DNA of 64,000 bases from Felis catus (GCF_018350175.1 NC_058368.1:107944001-108008000), one strand, 5' to 3'. Shown: positions 1 to 12,911, counted from the first letter of the stretch. Notes: a model not told the origin generated them from the letters alone. Made by a program: numbers and translations.

Positions 1-59
1 TTGAGCTCAGTATGTGTGTATACATGTGTGTGAAAGAGAGAGATCCTGAGTTTAGGATC

Positions 60-1004
60 CTAAGTTTAGTTATTAATGTTATACTTGTTCCATAAAAGAA
101 GTTTGGGAATTTTCCTTCACTTTCTATCCTCTGGAACAACATTTAATATATCTGTTTTTTAGAAACTTGGTGGCATTTCCCTACAAAATCTTTTGGGCCT
201 TGGCCTTTTTTTTGTTGAGTAGAAGTCTGATACCTTTATTTATTCTGTGGAAACTGATTTACTCAAACTTTCTGTCTTGACTGGAATCAATTTTGGTAAA
301 TTGTGTTTTCCTAAATAATTATCAATGATTTTATATAGATACTGACATTTTTACATTAATCATATAGTCTCTTTATTGTAATTTCTTCTGTTTCGCTGGT
401 CAGTTCTTCCTTATTATTTAAGTAAGTTTATGAATTTGTGGCTTTCAGTTCATTCCATGTATTCTGGTACTATATTTACATTTTCATTACTCCTTAAGAA
501 ACACAGGACTTAAGAGTTCATTTTCCTCTTTCACTCAAGAATTATTTCACACACAGTTTCTTTTTATAAATATTCAGGATCCTTCTGATTTTGTTATTAA
601 TATTTGGTTCTATTGTATTGTCCTCAAAGAATTTTTTCTGTTATTTCTATTTTATGGAACTTGCCTAGGCTGTCTTTACAGCTTGGTATTTGATCAGTAG
701 TTGTGCAAGTTATATTTGTGTTGGAGAAGGAATATTCTCTATTTGGGAGTGATAGAGTACAATACATATTTTAATATTTACCTTATTGGTCCTGTTGTAT
801 AGGTCTTCTATATTCCTATTTGTTTTTTGTCCGCTTGATCTCTTTTGGATTAAGATTGTTATGACGGTGTTTCCCGTTATTAATGGGTTTCTCTCTTTTC
901 CCCTTTCCTTCCTTATGATTTTTGTTTTGTGAAAGTGATTGCTGTTTCTGGTACATAGAGTTTCATTAGTACTGTATCTTCTCTGTGAATTGTGGCTTTT
1001 AACA
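60..1004 (-). mobile_element. Ancient L1 (L1M-type) ORF2 fragment, antisense
   Basis: T-rich sequence with degenerate antisense L1 ORF2 phrases (e.g. gaagtttgggaattttccttc, aaatcttttgggcc); resumes after the LTR at ~1410. Confidence 0.65.
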
Positions 1005-1409
1005 TGTCAAAAGAAAACTCAGAGCTCTACTTGATGTGAATATTTCATTGAGTGAGGAATAAACTGTTGAAGAATTGGGAGACTTGAAACCCGAAAGAGG
1101 TGTGAAGCTCAAAGGGCATGTCCTTGCAGGAGAGCTTCTAAAGTGAGCAAGGGTGAGTTGTTTTTAGAGATTGGTTCTTACAATGGGTATTTCCAGATAG
1201 TGGGGCATTGGTTAAAAGTGATTTTCTTGTATCATTTTAGGAAGGTGACTTAAGTTTCATTCGTGATTATCGAGGTATTTACAAGAAATAACCTGAGTTA
1301 AATTTTGCTCACGTTCATGAAATAAGCTAGATTAAGTTTTGCATATGTGGCTAAACTAGTCTTGTTTGTTTGCAGGATCGTCAAGCCTGGTTTCCATTTT
1401 ATTTTAGCA
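1005..1409 (-). mobile_element. ERV1 (MER4-group/MER34-like) solo LTR inserted in old L1
   Basis: TG...CA bounded block (tgtcaaaagaaaa ... attttagca) interrupting L1; reverse complement ends ttttcttttgaca like MER4-group LTRs; TSD not clear. Confidence 0.55.
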
Positions 1410-1640
1410 AGTACTATAAGCTGTATTTGTTTTTACATTCAGTGCCTTTTTATATGAATTGTAGTCTGCTGAATATCAGGAAACAACTCCTTGTTTTCTT
1501 ATTGTCTTCATTTGTCTGTTATGCCTTTGCTCATCCCTTTACATTTAGTCTTTCTGAATTACTTTATATCTCCTACGTACAACATTGGATTTTGCTCTGC
1601 AAAAAAATCCACATTTTATTAAATAGATATCTAAGCTATT
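1410..1640 (-). mobile_element. Ancient L1 ORF2 fragment (endonuclease region), antisense
   Basis: Antisense L1 phrases such as tttgctcatccctttacatttagtctttctgaa. Confidence 0.55.
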
Positions 1641-2345
1641 GTTATTTTGTCTTAAGGCAATGGGGTGTAAGAATTTACAGGAGGCAAAGGATTATCCATT
1701 ATATGCAGTAGGAAGAACACTGTGTTTTACCACATTGCACAGTTTCTATCCCTAGACAGATGTTCTGTAGTTGGTTTTAATTGAATCATTTTAAGGGCAG
1801 GGCAAATTTTAAGTCTGTATTTTTCAGGAAAATCAGCACTGAAACCAGTGTAAAAAAAGGCTTTGGAACATGTTTCTCTAACTTTTATAAAGAATGTATG
1901 AAGAGCTTAGGATAAGGGTGGGTCTCAAAGGATATAAAGTGCATAAAATGCAGGAGATGAGGCTCTCCTTCCATGTTCTGTATTTACTATCAGCAAATAT
2001 CTGAGCACTGATTTTCACAGCCTAACCCTCAACTCCCTTTGTCGAGAAACTGGAGATAAAATTAGCCCTGCCACCATTCTTTCAAAATTCTTGTACCCAT
2101 CCAAACACCCAGCTCCATAATTCATCCTTTATAAGGTGGCGTTCTCCAGCTGCGTGGGTCATGCTGCTTATCTTACAAATCTCCTGTGATGGCTCTCCTT
2201 TATCTTTAGCCTTTAAATAATTAAAATACTTTTGATATATTAATAAATCTACATACTTTATGCTTGCATTATTCTGCCCTGCACCTCATACAAGCTCCAA
2301 TCCTCTGTCCGTAACTACTCAAATTTTGTTGTTTTTATTAAAAAC

Positions 2346-2553
2346 TTTTTTAATGTTTCTTTACTTTTGAAGGAGAGGGAGACAGAGCGTGAGCAGGGGA
2401 GGAGCGGAGAGAGAGGGAGATACAGAATCTGAAGCAGGCTCCACGCTCTGAGCTGTCAGCAAGAGTCCAGCACAGAGCTCGAACTCATGAACTGTGAGAT
2501 CATGACCTGTGCCAAAGTCAGACACTTAACCGACTGAGCCACCCAGGGACCCA
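2346..2553 (-). mobile_element. Carnivore tRNA-derived SINE (CanSINE/SINEC)
   Basis: polyT, (GA)n, tRNA-like head antisense; TSD caaat(t/g)ttgttgttttt. Confidence 0.95.
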
Positions 2554-3290
2554 TCAAATGTTGTTGTTTTTAATTTTGGGGCCTGAATATTCACCTTCAT
2601 TCCTCTAAGCAATGTAAACACATTACTATTTGTTGCTTTGGCAATTTGAGATGGCACCTATTGCTTCTCCACTATAAAAAATGAGGATTCATTCCAGTTG
2701 AATATCGTCTTTCCTCCCCTTCCCCATATTTGATGGAGATATTATTTTTTCTTTTTCCTACTTGTAATTTTAAATAATGTGTGTATAACTTACCTTAGTG
2801 TTTCATCAGTTCTAGGCACAGCCAGACATTCCTTGCTCCCTGTTAGTCCCTCTCACCAGTCCTTCCTAACTGCATCCTCAACTTCTGTCAGCTCCACCTC
2901 ATGTCTTTGGTCACGGTTGATACAATTCACACTCTCCTCTGTTTCCATAATTACCTGTTTATAGAAAAGTCATAGAAAAAGAATTTTAAAAGATGAGCTC
3001 AAATGAAAGTATTCATATTATTGTCTCATTTTTACATCAGTATCATGATCCACTTACATTCCCTGTTCTGGGTTCTGATATCATCATCCTTGTGCTTCTC
3101 AAAGGAGCATATACGTAGCATCAAAATTAAATAGGCTATTTTCACTTAAAATTCATCTTTGTGGCTTGTTTCCCTTTTGAACCATGTGTTTCTTGCATTT
3201 CTGTTTTCCTGTTGAGATAAGTAATCTTCCAGCTTCTTTTCTGAGTTATTAACTGTTTGACTCAATTTTATTCTTTCTTGGAGATACTGC

Positions 3291-3485
3291 TTTTTTTAAG
3301 TTTATTTATTTTGAGAGAGCACAAGCAAGGGAGGGACAGAGAGAGAGGGAGAGAGAGAATGCCAAGCAGGCTCCACGCTGTCAGCACAGAGACAGACATG
3401 GGGCTCCAACTCACAAACTGTGAGATCATGACCTGAGCCAAAATCAGGAGTTGGATGCTTAACTGACTGAGCCACCCAGGCGCCA
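3291..3485 (-). mobile_element. CanSINE
   Basis: Antisense SINE ending gagccacccaggcgcc; TSD ttggagata(c/t)tg. Confidence 0.95.
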
Positions 3486-4029
3486 CTTTTGGAGATATTG
3501 TTTTAGGAGCTTTACTTTCTCTTCTAACTTGGCCCCATTCAAGGTTGACATGTAACTAGTACATACCAGTACAACTGTTTCCATTTTTAAAGCAATGAAA
3601 TATTTGTGTATCAGAAGGAAAGCACTTTAAATAATATCAGTAATAAGTGATAAAATCAATTATAATGTAACTTTGCATAAAAATGCAGTATTTCAAGTGG
3701 TGTCATAGGATGCTGTGGTGACCGCTGATAATGGACCTTCCTTCTGTCATAACATCAGAGAAGCTACCTGCCAGTTAGGCCAATGAGGCAATATAGCATT
3801 CTTCATAGTGCACTCTGTGATTTAGGTTAATCAGTTCTTTTTTATACTCTAAACAATTCATGCTTCATGTGTTAATATCATAATTCTTACACAAACTTGT
3901 TAGTGAATTGTTTTGATATTTGTAAAATCAAGAATTAATAAAATATTGATGAATAAAAAAGATTAATTTTTTTGCTTCCTGGGTTAGTATCAGCATTTCA
4001 TTTCACTGTCTCATTTTCCTCTTCTTTTT

Positions 4030-4850
4030 ATAGAGTAAACTTCAAGCCTTTTCTTCATTAAAAAAAAAAAGTACAGATGGTAAAATTTGAGTCCTTGCAT
4101 TTCTGAAAATTTTTTGAACATTCAAAGTTAGTTGATAATTGGACTGGCATAGAATCATAGATCAAATATCTTCTTTTCTCACACTCTCAAGGTATCACTT
4201 CATTTTTTAGCATCCATTGTTGCCAGTCTTAACAGATATGGCTTATATACCTGCTATATTTTAGGCGCTATTGCTAATCTGATACTGATTGATTTGTTGA
4301 TGACATTGCTCAGTGGGCCCTTAATGCAAATATTTTTACTCTCAGATAGATACTTATGTTAGTTGTTTGCTAATTTTCTTCCCAATTTTTTCTCACTTCT
4401 TTCTTTTAGAATTCCTAACAGCTGAATGATGAAGTGATGCTGTGTTTTTCATGATGCTATATTTCCTAAAATTTTTGCTTTTTTACAGTTTTTTTCATTC
4501 ACATGCTGAGGAATATCTTCCATGTAATCATCCCTATTTTCTATTGAATTTTCCATTTTGGAAATCATTACTTCCAGTTGATAAGAATTGTTTATTGTCT
4601 CATTGTTCCCTTTCCTTGGCATGCTTACATGGTACCTGAGTTTGATAATAGGCAGCAATCCTACTTACATCCTGGTAAGAATGTTTCACAAGTGTGTTTC
4701 TTATGCAAATTGTCTGCTTTTCATTTAGCTCCTTCATTTACCTTGCTATTCCTTTTTAGTTTTCACTTATTCCTCATCGAAGAGCTTTAGTTTCTTTTCC
4801 ATTCTCTATAGGATTTTCTTACCCATTTTTGTTTTCTTTCACGTTTCCAC
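4030..4850 (-). mobile_element. Ancient L1 (L1ME-like) fragment, antisense
   Basis: Phrases such as ttgcatttctgaaaat and gataattggactggcatagaatc typical of antisense old L1. Confidence 0.5.
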
Positions 4851-5220
4851 TTGGAGGAGTCATATGAAATCTGGAATAGTGGCTGTCGTAAAATGATCTT
4901 ACATTTTGCTTTTTATTTTCTACGCTAACTTGATAATAACTTAATAACCTCTTCCTTTCCCTCTACCTCCTTTCATTTCAAGTGCGAATGAATCTTTGTG
5001 TGGAATGTTAGGCTTCCAGTGTCTCAGTGTTGTTTTGCAAAACCAAAACTTAGCATAATTTTTGTGAAAGATGACTAACGTAAGGATGACTGCATTTATA
5101 ATGTACATAATTCAGGTAGCCCCGTGGAAACCTAGAAGCATTAAAAAATGAATATTGATGGTTTTAAATTAATTGTGGGTCAAGAGGGGCATTTTCTATA
5201 GAAATAACATTTCATTTCTT

Positions 5221-5414
5221 GGGGTGCCTAGCTGGCTCAGTTGGTTGAGCATCAGACTCTTGATCTCGGCTAAGGTCATGATCTCATGGTTCATGGGTTC
5301 AACCCCCACGTCAGGCTCTGCGCTGACAGCCTGGAGCCTGTTTGGGATTCTCTCTCCGCCCCTCCCCTGCTCATGTTTTCTCTCTCAAAATAAATAAATA
5401 AACTTAAGAAAAAA
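5221..5414 (+). mobile_element. CanSINE
   Basis: ggggtgcctagctggctcag head, CT tract, A tail; TSD agaaataacatt. Confidence 0.95.
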
Positions 5415-6696
5415 GAAATAACATTTAATTTCAGAAGTTTGAGATATTTTTAACTCTAACATGATAGCTCTGAAAATCTAAAGGAAAATGTAGAAGCATC
5501 TTTACTAAATTGTTTTTAATAATTCTACACATAAATTTTTATTATTCTGGAAAAGTCATAATTATTTATTAAAATTTTCTCAATTAAGAGTAGTTATCTT
5601 TACCTAATCTTTTTTTTTTCCAGTTCTCTTTACATTAATCAGCATCACTATCTTGCAATAAAGTAAGGTCAGAGAATTACTTGGGGAAAATAATAATCTT
5701 TTCTAATATAAGTTAGTTGAAATTGCTTTAAGTCCAAATTATATACCTAATGTATGTAAAATACAAAATGACAGGTAGTGTACCAGGCCTAGCTGAAGAC
5801 CAAATGCAGTCCACATCTTATTGTTGATTATTACTACTAAATTTTGCCATTCAAGTATCTCCCCTTTCTTCCCACCAAAACCATTGTTCATTTGATGGTC
5901 CTACAGCAATAGGTGGTATAAGTGCATACAAAAAAATCTCTTAGATAAGAAACCAACCTCTTGGCTTCTCTGATTCACAGAGAATGTTAACAGAAAAAGT
6001 CACAAGAAAGTACTACCATCAGGTGTGGCGTGAAGTGCCTCGGGACCCACCGTAGCATGCCAAAGGTTATCCTAAGGAACATACATCATGACGCCATCTG
6101 ATATCTCTTTATAGCCTGTTAAACAGAAGTGGTTCCCTATTTTCAGTTGAGCCACAAATTCAATTCCCTGCAGTAATTTGAGATAAATCTCTTTAGTGCT
6201 CCCTTGTATTTTCCCCAGTCAATTTGTCAATTAGGACCAAGTGAAGAGGAATAGTTTGTGTAGCCGAATGCCTGGACAAATTTAAAGTGAGGCAATGTAT
6301 GTGATTATTCCCCTACCAACTGTGGTATTGTCTGGCCCACAAAGGATAATGCCGTGCTGCTTAGAACCCTGAATTCTGCCCCCAGATGAATATTTCCCTA
6401 ACCAGTGCCAGCACTATCTGTGGAGCTAATCATCCAAAACGCAGAAGAGATGGAAACACTTTTCAACCCCAAAACCTTTGGCATTCAGTAGAGACACTTG
6501 GCTAAAGATACTGGTTCCATTGCATTGTTTCAAGAAAGGTGTCTTTCTTAAGGACAGGGACCTGGCAAGTTTGTGGCACTGTGGTCTTTCACACAGCAAT
6601 TGAAGGACTTACATTGGAACAGGAGAGAGGGGGCCAAGTGACAAACCTCTGATGAGAATCAGCATCTGTGTTTTGAAACTCTAAAAACAACTTGCT

Positions 6697-6911
6697 GGGG
6701 GACCTGGGTGGCTCAGTGGGTTGGGCGGCCGACTTTGGCTGAGGTCATGATCTTGTGGTTTAGCCTTGCCTCCCGGCTCTGTGCTGACAACTCAGAGCCT
6801 GGAGCCTGCTTCATATTCTGTGTCTCTGTCTCTGGCCCTCCCCCACTGACACTCTGTCTCTGTCTGTCTCTCTCAAAAATAAACATTAAAAAATTTAAGT
6901 AAATAAAAAAT
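6697..6911 (+). mobile_element. CanSINE inserted in hAT fossil
   Basis: SINE head/CT/A tail; degenerate TSD aaaacaa(ct/aa)tgc. Confidence 0.95.
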
Positions 6912-7066
6912 AAAACAAAATGCAGGGTCTTTCCTTCAGTGACAAAGTGAGAGATTAAACTCTTCCTGCTCCTTTTCCCACACTTCATTTACATTCAAGA
7001 TAATTCTGCTTTTAGGTCAGATCTGTGATATGATGAACTTAGAATTTTGTCTGCAGAGTCAGATAA

Positions 7067-7097
7067 ACACACATACACATGCACACACACACAACAC
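7067..7097. repeat. Imperfect (CA)n microsatellite
   Basis: acacacatacacatgcacacacacacaacac. Confidence 0.8.
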
Positions 7098-7099
7098 GC

Positions 7100-7351
7100 A
7101 TATCTTTCTTTTATTTTTTTTAGAGTGGGGGTGCAAGTGAGCAAGGGGCAGACAGAGAGTGAGAATCCCAGGAAGGGCAGAGGGAGAGAGAGAGACTCCC
7201 ATGAGGGGCAGACTGAGGGGTGTAGAGAGAGAAGTAGGGCTCACCCAAAGTGGGGCTTGTGCTCACCCATTGTGGGATTTGAACTCACAAACCATAAGAT
7301 CGTGACCTGAGTCCAAGTCAGATACCTAATAACTGAGCCATTCAGGCACCC
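7100..7351 (-). mobile_element. CanSINE variant with internally repeated gctcaccc motif
   Basis: Antisense SINE, longer than typical. Confidence 0.85.
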
Positions 7352-9943
7352 TATAGTTATACCTTTAAAATGATCGGTATACATTCCAAACTTAGAGATT
7401 TTCCCCCCCAAGGTTTTGGTGACCGTGATTCACAGGTAAAACTTCAGCTAATGGTTACCCAGCATCCAAAAATCATATGAAAACCTCACCGCAGGGTCTG
7501 TTCAAACTGATGGTCTGGACACATCGTCAATACAGGCACACTGACTGCCTCAAGGATTTCTACCTCATCCACAGTGACTACTTTTGATACCCAAATGGGC
7601 CTGACCTGCTGGTTCCTACTAAGCATCCAGCCTTAGTATCTCCTTCATCCCCCTGACCAACTCAGCTCCATCTGACCACACTGATACTGGGAAAAAGTTG
7701 AGGCTGAGGTTGGTCACAATTTCCATCTTCTCTCTTCTTGTAGTGATAAGAAAGTATGCTTCTCACTTAATTATTCCAGGCTCTGAACACAAAACCATTC
7801 AGGAACCACATTAAAAACAATGCCCAATTTTCTTTCTTTTTTCTTTTGTCTTTATTTTATTTTGTTTTTTAAATAAAGGCTACTGCTTACGCGACTCTGA
7901 CCAGTAGTGACTGGCTTGAGACATGAATATAATTCAGGGTATTTATGTATTTGATCTTTTAGAAGTCAATCTGGGAAGTTATGCAAAGTAAAGCATCACA
8001 AAGATGTCTCCTGTTTTAAGCTGAACAGTGCCCCCAGTATGCAAACTGTACATTTTAATAGAATCCCCTTCTATAATTTGGTGTTAATAATAGAAAAGTA
8101 TGTGAAACCATGTCAAAATTTTAATGATTGGGCTCAAGTGTGATGTCTTAAAGGAATTTTGTTGCGAGCTGTGTTGATAATGAAATATATTAATGTACTT
8201 GTTTGACTAATAACTGTATTGATCACTAGTATGGTATAATTTCTAGTTAGTATGGGTGGCTCAGGGAAACCAACGTGAGTAACATTTCCCTCTTGTTTTC
8301 TGCATCATCTCTTCATTTCTTTGTTATAGAAGGAATTATAGGATACCCAGTACACCTTTGTCAGCCTCACCTGTGGAACAGTGACTGCTTTTCATGTAAC
8401 ATGTTTGATGTTACGTTTAACAAGTTTGACAAATTTTAGCTGTGACAGTTGTGGCTTTATGATTCTATAAAATGCAAGGTCATTGTAAAAGGAAAGATAA
8501 CCTGCCCTCTCTGACAAAGAACAGGCAAACATTTTTTGTAGAGATTCTCTTTTCCTTTTTCTTTTTCTGAGTGGGAATGAAAAAGAAACCACCTGAACAG
8601 GTACCGTTCATATTATGCCTGCCACCATTAATCTGCTTGCTCTCAAACTGAGGTGTGGGCATGCATATATTGTTTGAGTATAAGAACCAATATCACCTAG
8701 TTGAGTACTACTTTTCACAAAATGCAGAGATAAAATGACTTGTCTCCGTTACTGCTTTCCTAGACAAAAGCATAAACACATGCAATAAATATTCAGTATT
8801 GACCTTCACGAAAAACCTCTATGAATTAATGCCTCATATAGATGCTCTGAATTTAAAGATCCGGTGATTTATGGTAACACAAAAATACTAGACTCTGTTT
8901 AAACATTAGAAAGTCGTTTATCAATTCTATTATACTTATTTTTCTTTCCCATCCTTAGAACAAATAACTTAGTGTCATATTCTTATTCTGGCTTCTCTGT
9001 GATAGGATTTGTAGGGCATCTACTTTTATTTCCACACATAGCAAGACTGTCTCTCACAGGGAATGAGACTTAAGCATGTCAAAAGTATTTTCTTTGAAGT
9101 TTTGGTGACAAACACTGTAATAGAAATTCGGTTACTATGATAAGGATAACAGATGCTTTCTAGTTGACGACTCTGATATATTAATAGGTAAATGAATTGT
9201 GATTTGGAATACATTGACTTAAATCAGCTATAAATTTGACTTCTGCTTGCTCTGCCACAACATATTATTTTCAAATAGTGTAAATGACTAAGAACAACTA
9301 AAAGTTTAAAAGGACTTAATATTATGCAGTGTCAAGAAAAAAAAGAGCATGCTTAATGGCACATTAATTAATGCGGAATTCAGATTGAATTCTATGAGTT
9401 ATAAATGCATCAGGGACTGAGTTTTAATCTTTGCACCCACAAGGAATAACATAAATTAATGATAGAGCAGAGAACGCTGTCAACTGTGTTATTCTATCTT
9501 ATAGGAAAGCAGCTGCTTATGAAAAGATTTCTCTGCAGGCCAAGTGGAACTCATAATTGACAGCAAAAGGTAGAAACGAAGACAGTGTCATAAGCTTTAT
9601 GGAAGCATTCCAGAACTCTAAATTAGAAAAATCTTTCCTTCCACACTTCCACCCCAAGGAAGCCTATTCAACCCTGATTTTTGTGTCTGAAGTTCACTAA
9701 TAGAAGAGTGCTGAAAAAAAAAGATGGAACTTTAGACAGTAAGTCATTTCTTTAGTGGAGAATACACATGTGCATGCACAGGCAAACAGAAACCCTCACG
9801 GAGGTATACCTTTGACAGCTTTCTTTCAGGGCCATTGTGAGAAATTCTGACTTTTAGGACCCACTGTAAGGTCAGGCCCTTTCCACAAAACAAACTCACT
9901 GATATCAGTTGTCCTGACTTCTTGTATAGGGTCCCCTCAACTC

Positions 9944-10159
9944 TTTTCTTTTTTTTAACGTTTTTGTTTATTTTTGAGAGACAGAGACAGAGCATGAGTG
10001 GGGGAGGGGCAGAGAGAGAAAAAGAGACACATTATCTGAAGCAGGCTCCAGGCTCCCAGTTTCAGCACAGAGCCCCACGCGGGGCTGAACCCCCAAACCA
10101 TGAGATCATGACCTGAGCCTAAGTCAGACGCTTAATCGACTGAGCCACCCTGGTGCCCT
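9944..10159 (-). mobile_element. CanSINE
   Basis: Antisense SINE consensus. Confidence 0.95.
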
Positions 10160-10160
10160 C

Positions 10161-10336
10161 TTTTTTTTTATGTTTACTATTTTTGAGAGAGAACTCACAC
10201 ACAAGCAGTGGATGGGCAGAGAGAGAGGGACAGAGGATCCCAAGCAGGCTCTATGCTGACACCTGCCAGCCTGATGTGGGGCTTGAACTTACAAACCATG
10301 AGATCAGACGCTCAATCCACTGAGCCCCCCAGCGCT
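10161..10336 (-). mobile_element. CanSINE (tandem to previous)
   Basis: Antisense SINE with internal deletion. Confidence 0.9.
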
Positions 10337-12424
10337 CATGGTCCCATCAGCAATTAAAGCTTGGTAAACTGGCAAGGCATCTCTTCTATCTGTGCTCAGA
10401 TTTCTGGATTGTAATTTGTCATCCTCTTCTCATTTCTCCACTCTCTTTGTATTTTCTCTGAAAAACTTCCTTGCCCCTGACCTGACATAGGCTCATCCCC
10501 TCTGATTCCTCATTATCATAGAACCTGTGCCTCTGGCCAGGTGTCTGTACTCTGCTCTGTGTGTTTATATCTGATGCGGAGGGCTTCCTGTCCTCTGGAG
10601 TCTCTTGCTCCCTTGAACAAATTTTTCAGGCTTAGTTTGAAGTTAACCCTAATTACCCAAAAGTATATCTAGGAAGGAGAAGCAACTAATGTGACAATGA
10701 ATGCTTGTGGGGGAAGATGTGCAAATTCACTTGGAAATGTTAGGCAAATGTCAGCGTATTATTCCAAGCTAAAATGCAAATATAGCCCATCTTGGTTTTA
10801 CCTTACCAGTTACTAAACCCACGTGAAATTATTGGCACGTGAATGGATTTTCTGTCAGGTATTTCCCTGCTTCCATGAAATAATCTAGGTCATTAAATCT
10901 TTCAATAAATGTTTGTGGGTCACTTACACAGGTTAAATAAGGAGAGTTATAGGCTTTTCTTACACTACACAAACTGCATGCAGATACAGACATGATTGGT
11001 GGTGTAGATGTTCCCAAACGGTTCCCTTATGAATCAGGACAGAGATGGGCATTTGAACTTTGAAATAGAAAAGAACACATCTCACATTCAACCATCATCT
11101 TTCACTGGTTCAAATGTGGGGATTCGTATGTTTAGCACTTTGTAAATATAAAACCAAAGTAAGAGAAAAAAGTCTTAATAGAGAGGAAAATGTATATTCA
11201 ATTTTAAAGAAGTATTTGCCCCCAGTAAGTTGGCTGTTTTTCACTCTGTAACAAATGTATATAGTTTAAGGAGATTTCCCAATTTAAACTCACCACATAA
11301 ACTTGGAAAATATCAGAGAAACTGATTATTCCTGGAACATATCCCAGGATATTACTTACTAACAGCTTCCTAGGAAAATTCATTTTGATTTAGGCCTAAA
11401 CCCTGGATCAGATACTTTCAAAGGCTATGAATATATGCATTATTTACCAGGGTAGGGCTTTTTAGAAGTTTTTCATATATAAAATGGCCCATCCTTCATA
11501 CATAAACCTGGACTAAAACTAAACCTGCAGGGTATTCATGACAATTCATGCAAAGTGAGAATTATGCAGAAAAGTGCACCCTTGCATACTAACAATGGAA
11601 AACACTGTCCTTACCTAAGTCCCTGCTCACTTGTTAAGACAGTCAGCCTTCAGCTTCAAGAAACTCAGCATGCTTATTAAGCATCTGCATCTCCTGTCCC
11701 TGAAAGAAAGCTTTACTTTCCTGGTCGACCTCTCCCTCTTCCCTTCAAAGTCTTCACTCCACTTGATTACCTTCCCTTCTTTTCCTTGGAATGTCACAGT
11801 CTCTTCTGCCTCTACGTTTTTCTCAGACCAGATGGAACGTTTCGTCATGAAAGGACCTGAGTATATTCTCCCTCTACCACAAAGTTTTGGCAGATCATCA
11901 CAGAGCACCCTCCCTCAGCTGCCTGTGTTGGCTCTTGTGGTCTCCATCACTTTCTAGACCTTTACCATGAATGCCTACGTATCATGAGTTTTTGTTTTGG
12001 TTTGGTTTTTTTGTTTTTGTTGTTTTGCATTCGTTTTTCTCTCCATTCAGATGGCAAACTTTATGAAGCAGACAATGACCCTGATTTTTTGGATTCCCCG
12101 CCTTCTGTTGTCGTACTGCTCTAGAGTTCAGCTGACTTTTTTTTTTTAAGCAAGACTTTCTCAATGAAGAAAGGATCAACACACTAACAAATACTGGGAT
12201 AGGGATTCTGTGTATATATGAGGATAACAGATTCCTTCTAATTGACAATTCTCTTGTGTTCATGGGAAAATGAATTGTGATTCATTCGATTTACTTCCCA
12301 GCACAAGCTTCTTACCTCATGTTGAACTGGTAACGAATGGTTCAGATGTGCTATTTGAGCAGCACTGGTCACATCACACGTATTTTGTGCATTGCTCTGT
12401 ATAAACTTTACATTCTTGAAAGTA

Positions 12425-12580
12425 TAATTTCCTTAAGCCCTGGTTTCTTCATCTATAAAATGAGGATAATCATATATTCTGCACTGAAGTTTCATAAGGA
12501 TTAAAATTTTGAAATGCATGAAAAGCTATTTGCCTAAGACCTGGTACATGTTAGCTTCAAGTAAATGGTGATTATTATTT
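12425..12580 (+). mobile_element. MIR fragment
   Basis: MIR core tttcttcatctataaaatgaggataat ... cctggtacatg. Confidence 0.75.
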
Positions 12581-12734
12581 AAGTTGTACCCTATGTACCA
12601 TTTGCCATCATAGCAGAATGGATAGTTCATTATAAAATTTTAACACATTTATTTATTATTACATTTAATTATAAATATAATTAAAAGAAAACATTTAAGT
12701 CCACTGAATAAACCTTTAAGAAATCAATCAACCA

Positions 12735-12911
12735 GGGTGCCTGGGTGGCTCAGTCAGTTAAGCATCCAACTTCAGCTCAGGTCATGATCTTGCAGTTTGT
12801 GAATTTGTGCCCCAACCTAGAGCTCTGTGCTGACAGCTCAGGGCCTGGGAACCTGCTTCAGGTTCTTTGTCTCCCTCTCTCTCTACCCCTCCCCTGCTTG
12901 TGCTCGTGTTC

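Larger units (their letters stand above)
5450..7400 (+). pseudogene. hAT-superfamily (Tip100/Zaphod/ZMYM1-like) transposase fossil, interrupted by two SINEs
   Basis: Ordered degenerate motifs across frames: HYLAIK (~5646), GSVPGLAEDQM (~5774), SFDGPTAIGG (5888-5917), QRLS..HHDAI (6061-6098), KRRR (6437-6448), VFPSV..IKLFLLL (from 6927), LRILSAESD (7038-7064); many stops and frameshifts. Confidence 0.7.

Noticed and set aside
5221..5300. tRNA-like A/B-box sequences at SINE heads (this and all similar sites)
   Set aside because: Each is followed by the SINE body, CT tract and A tail, often with TSDs; not tRNA genes.
5770..7600. Fragments resembling bornavirus/Mononegavirales L (GPTAIGG, W-x5-DP, LRxxTW) or a RhoGAP motif (NCGIVWPT, VELIIQN)
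   Set aside because: Spacing is inconsistent and identity is near chance level; the ordered hAT transposase motifs explain the same bases better.
10829..11017. Protein-looking 62-aa ORF (SPYLTCVSDPQTFIERFNDLDYF)
   Set aside because: Non-ATG start, no recognised homology, and it reads through a consensus splice donor; no support for coding.
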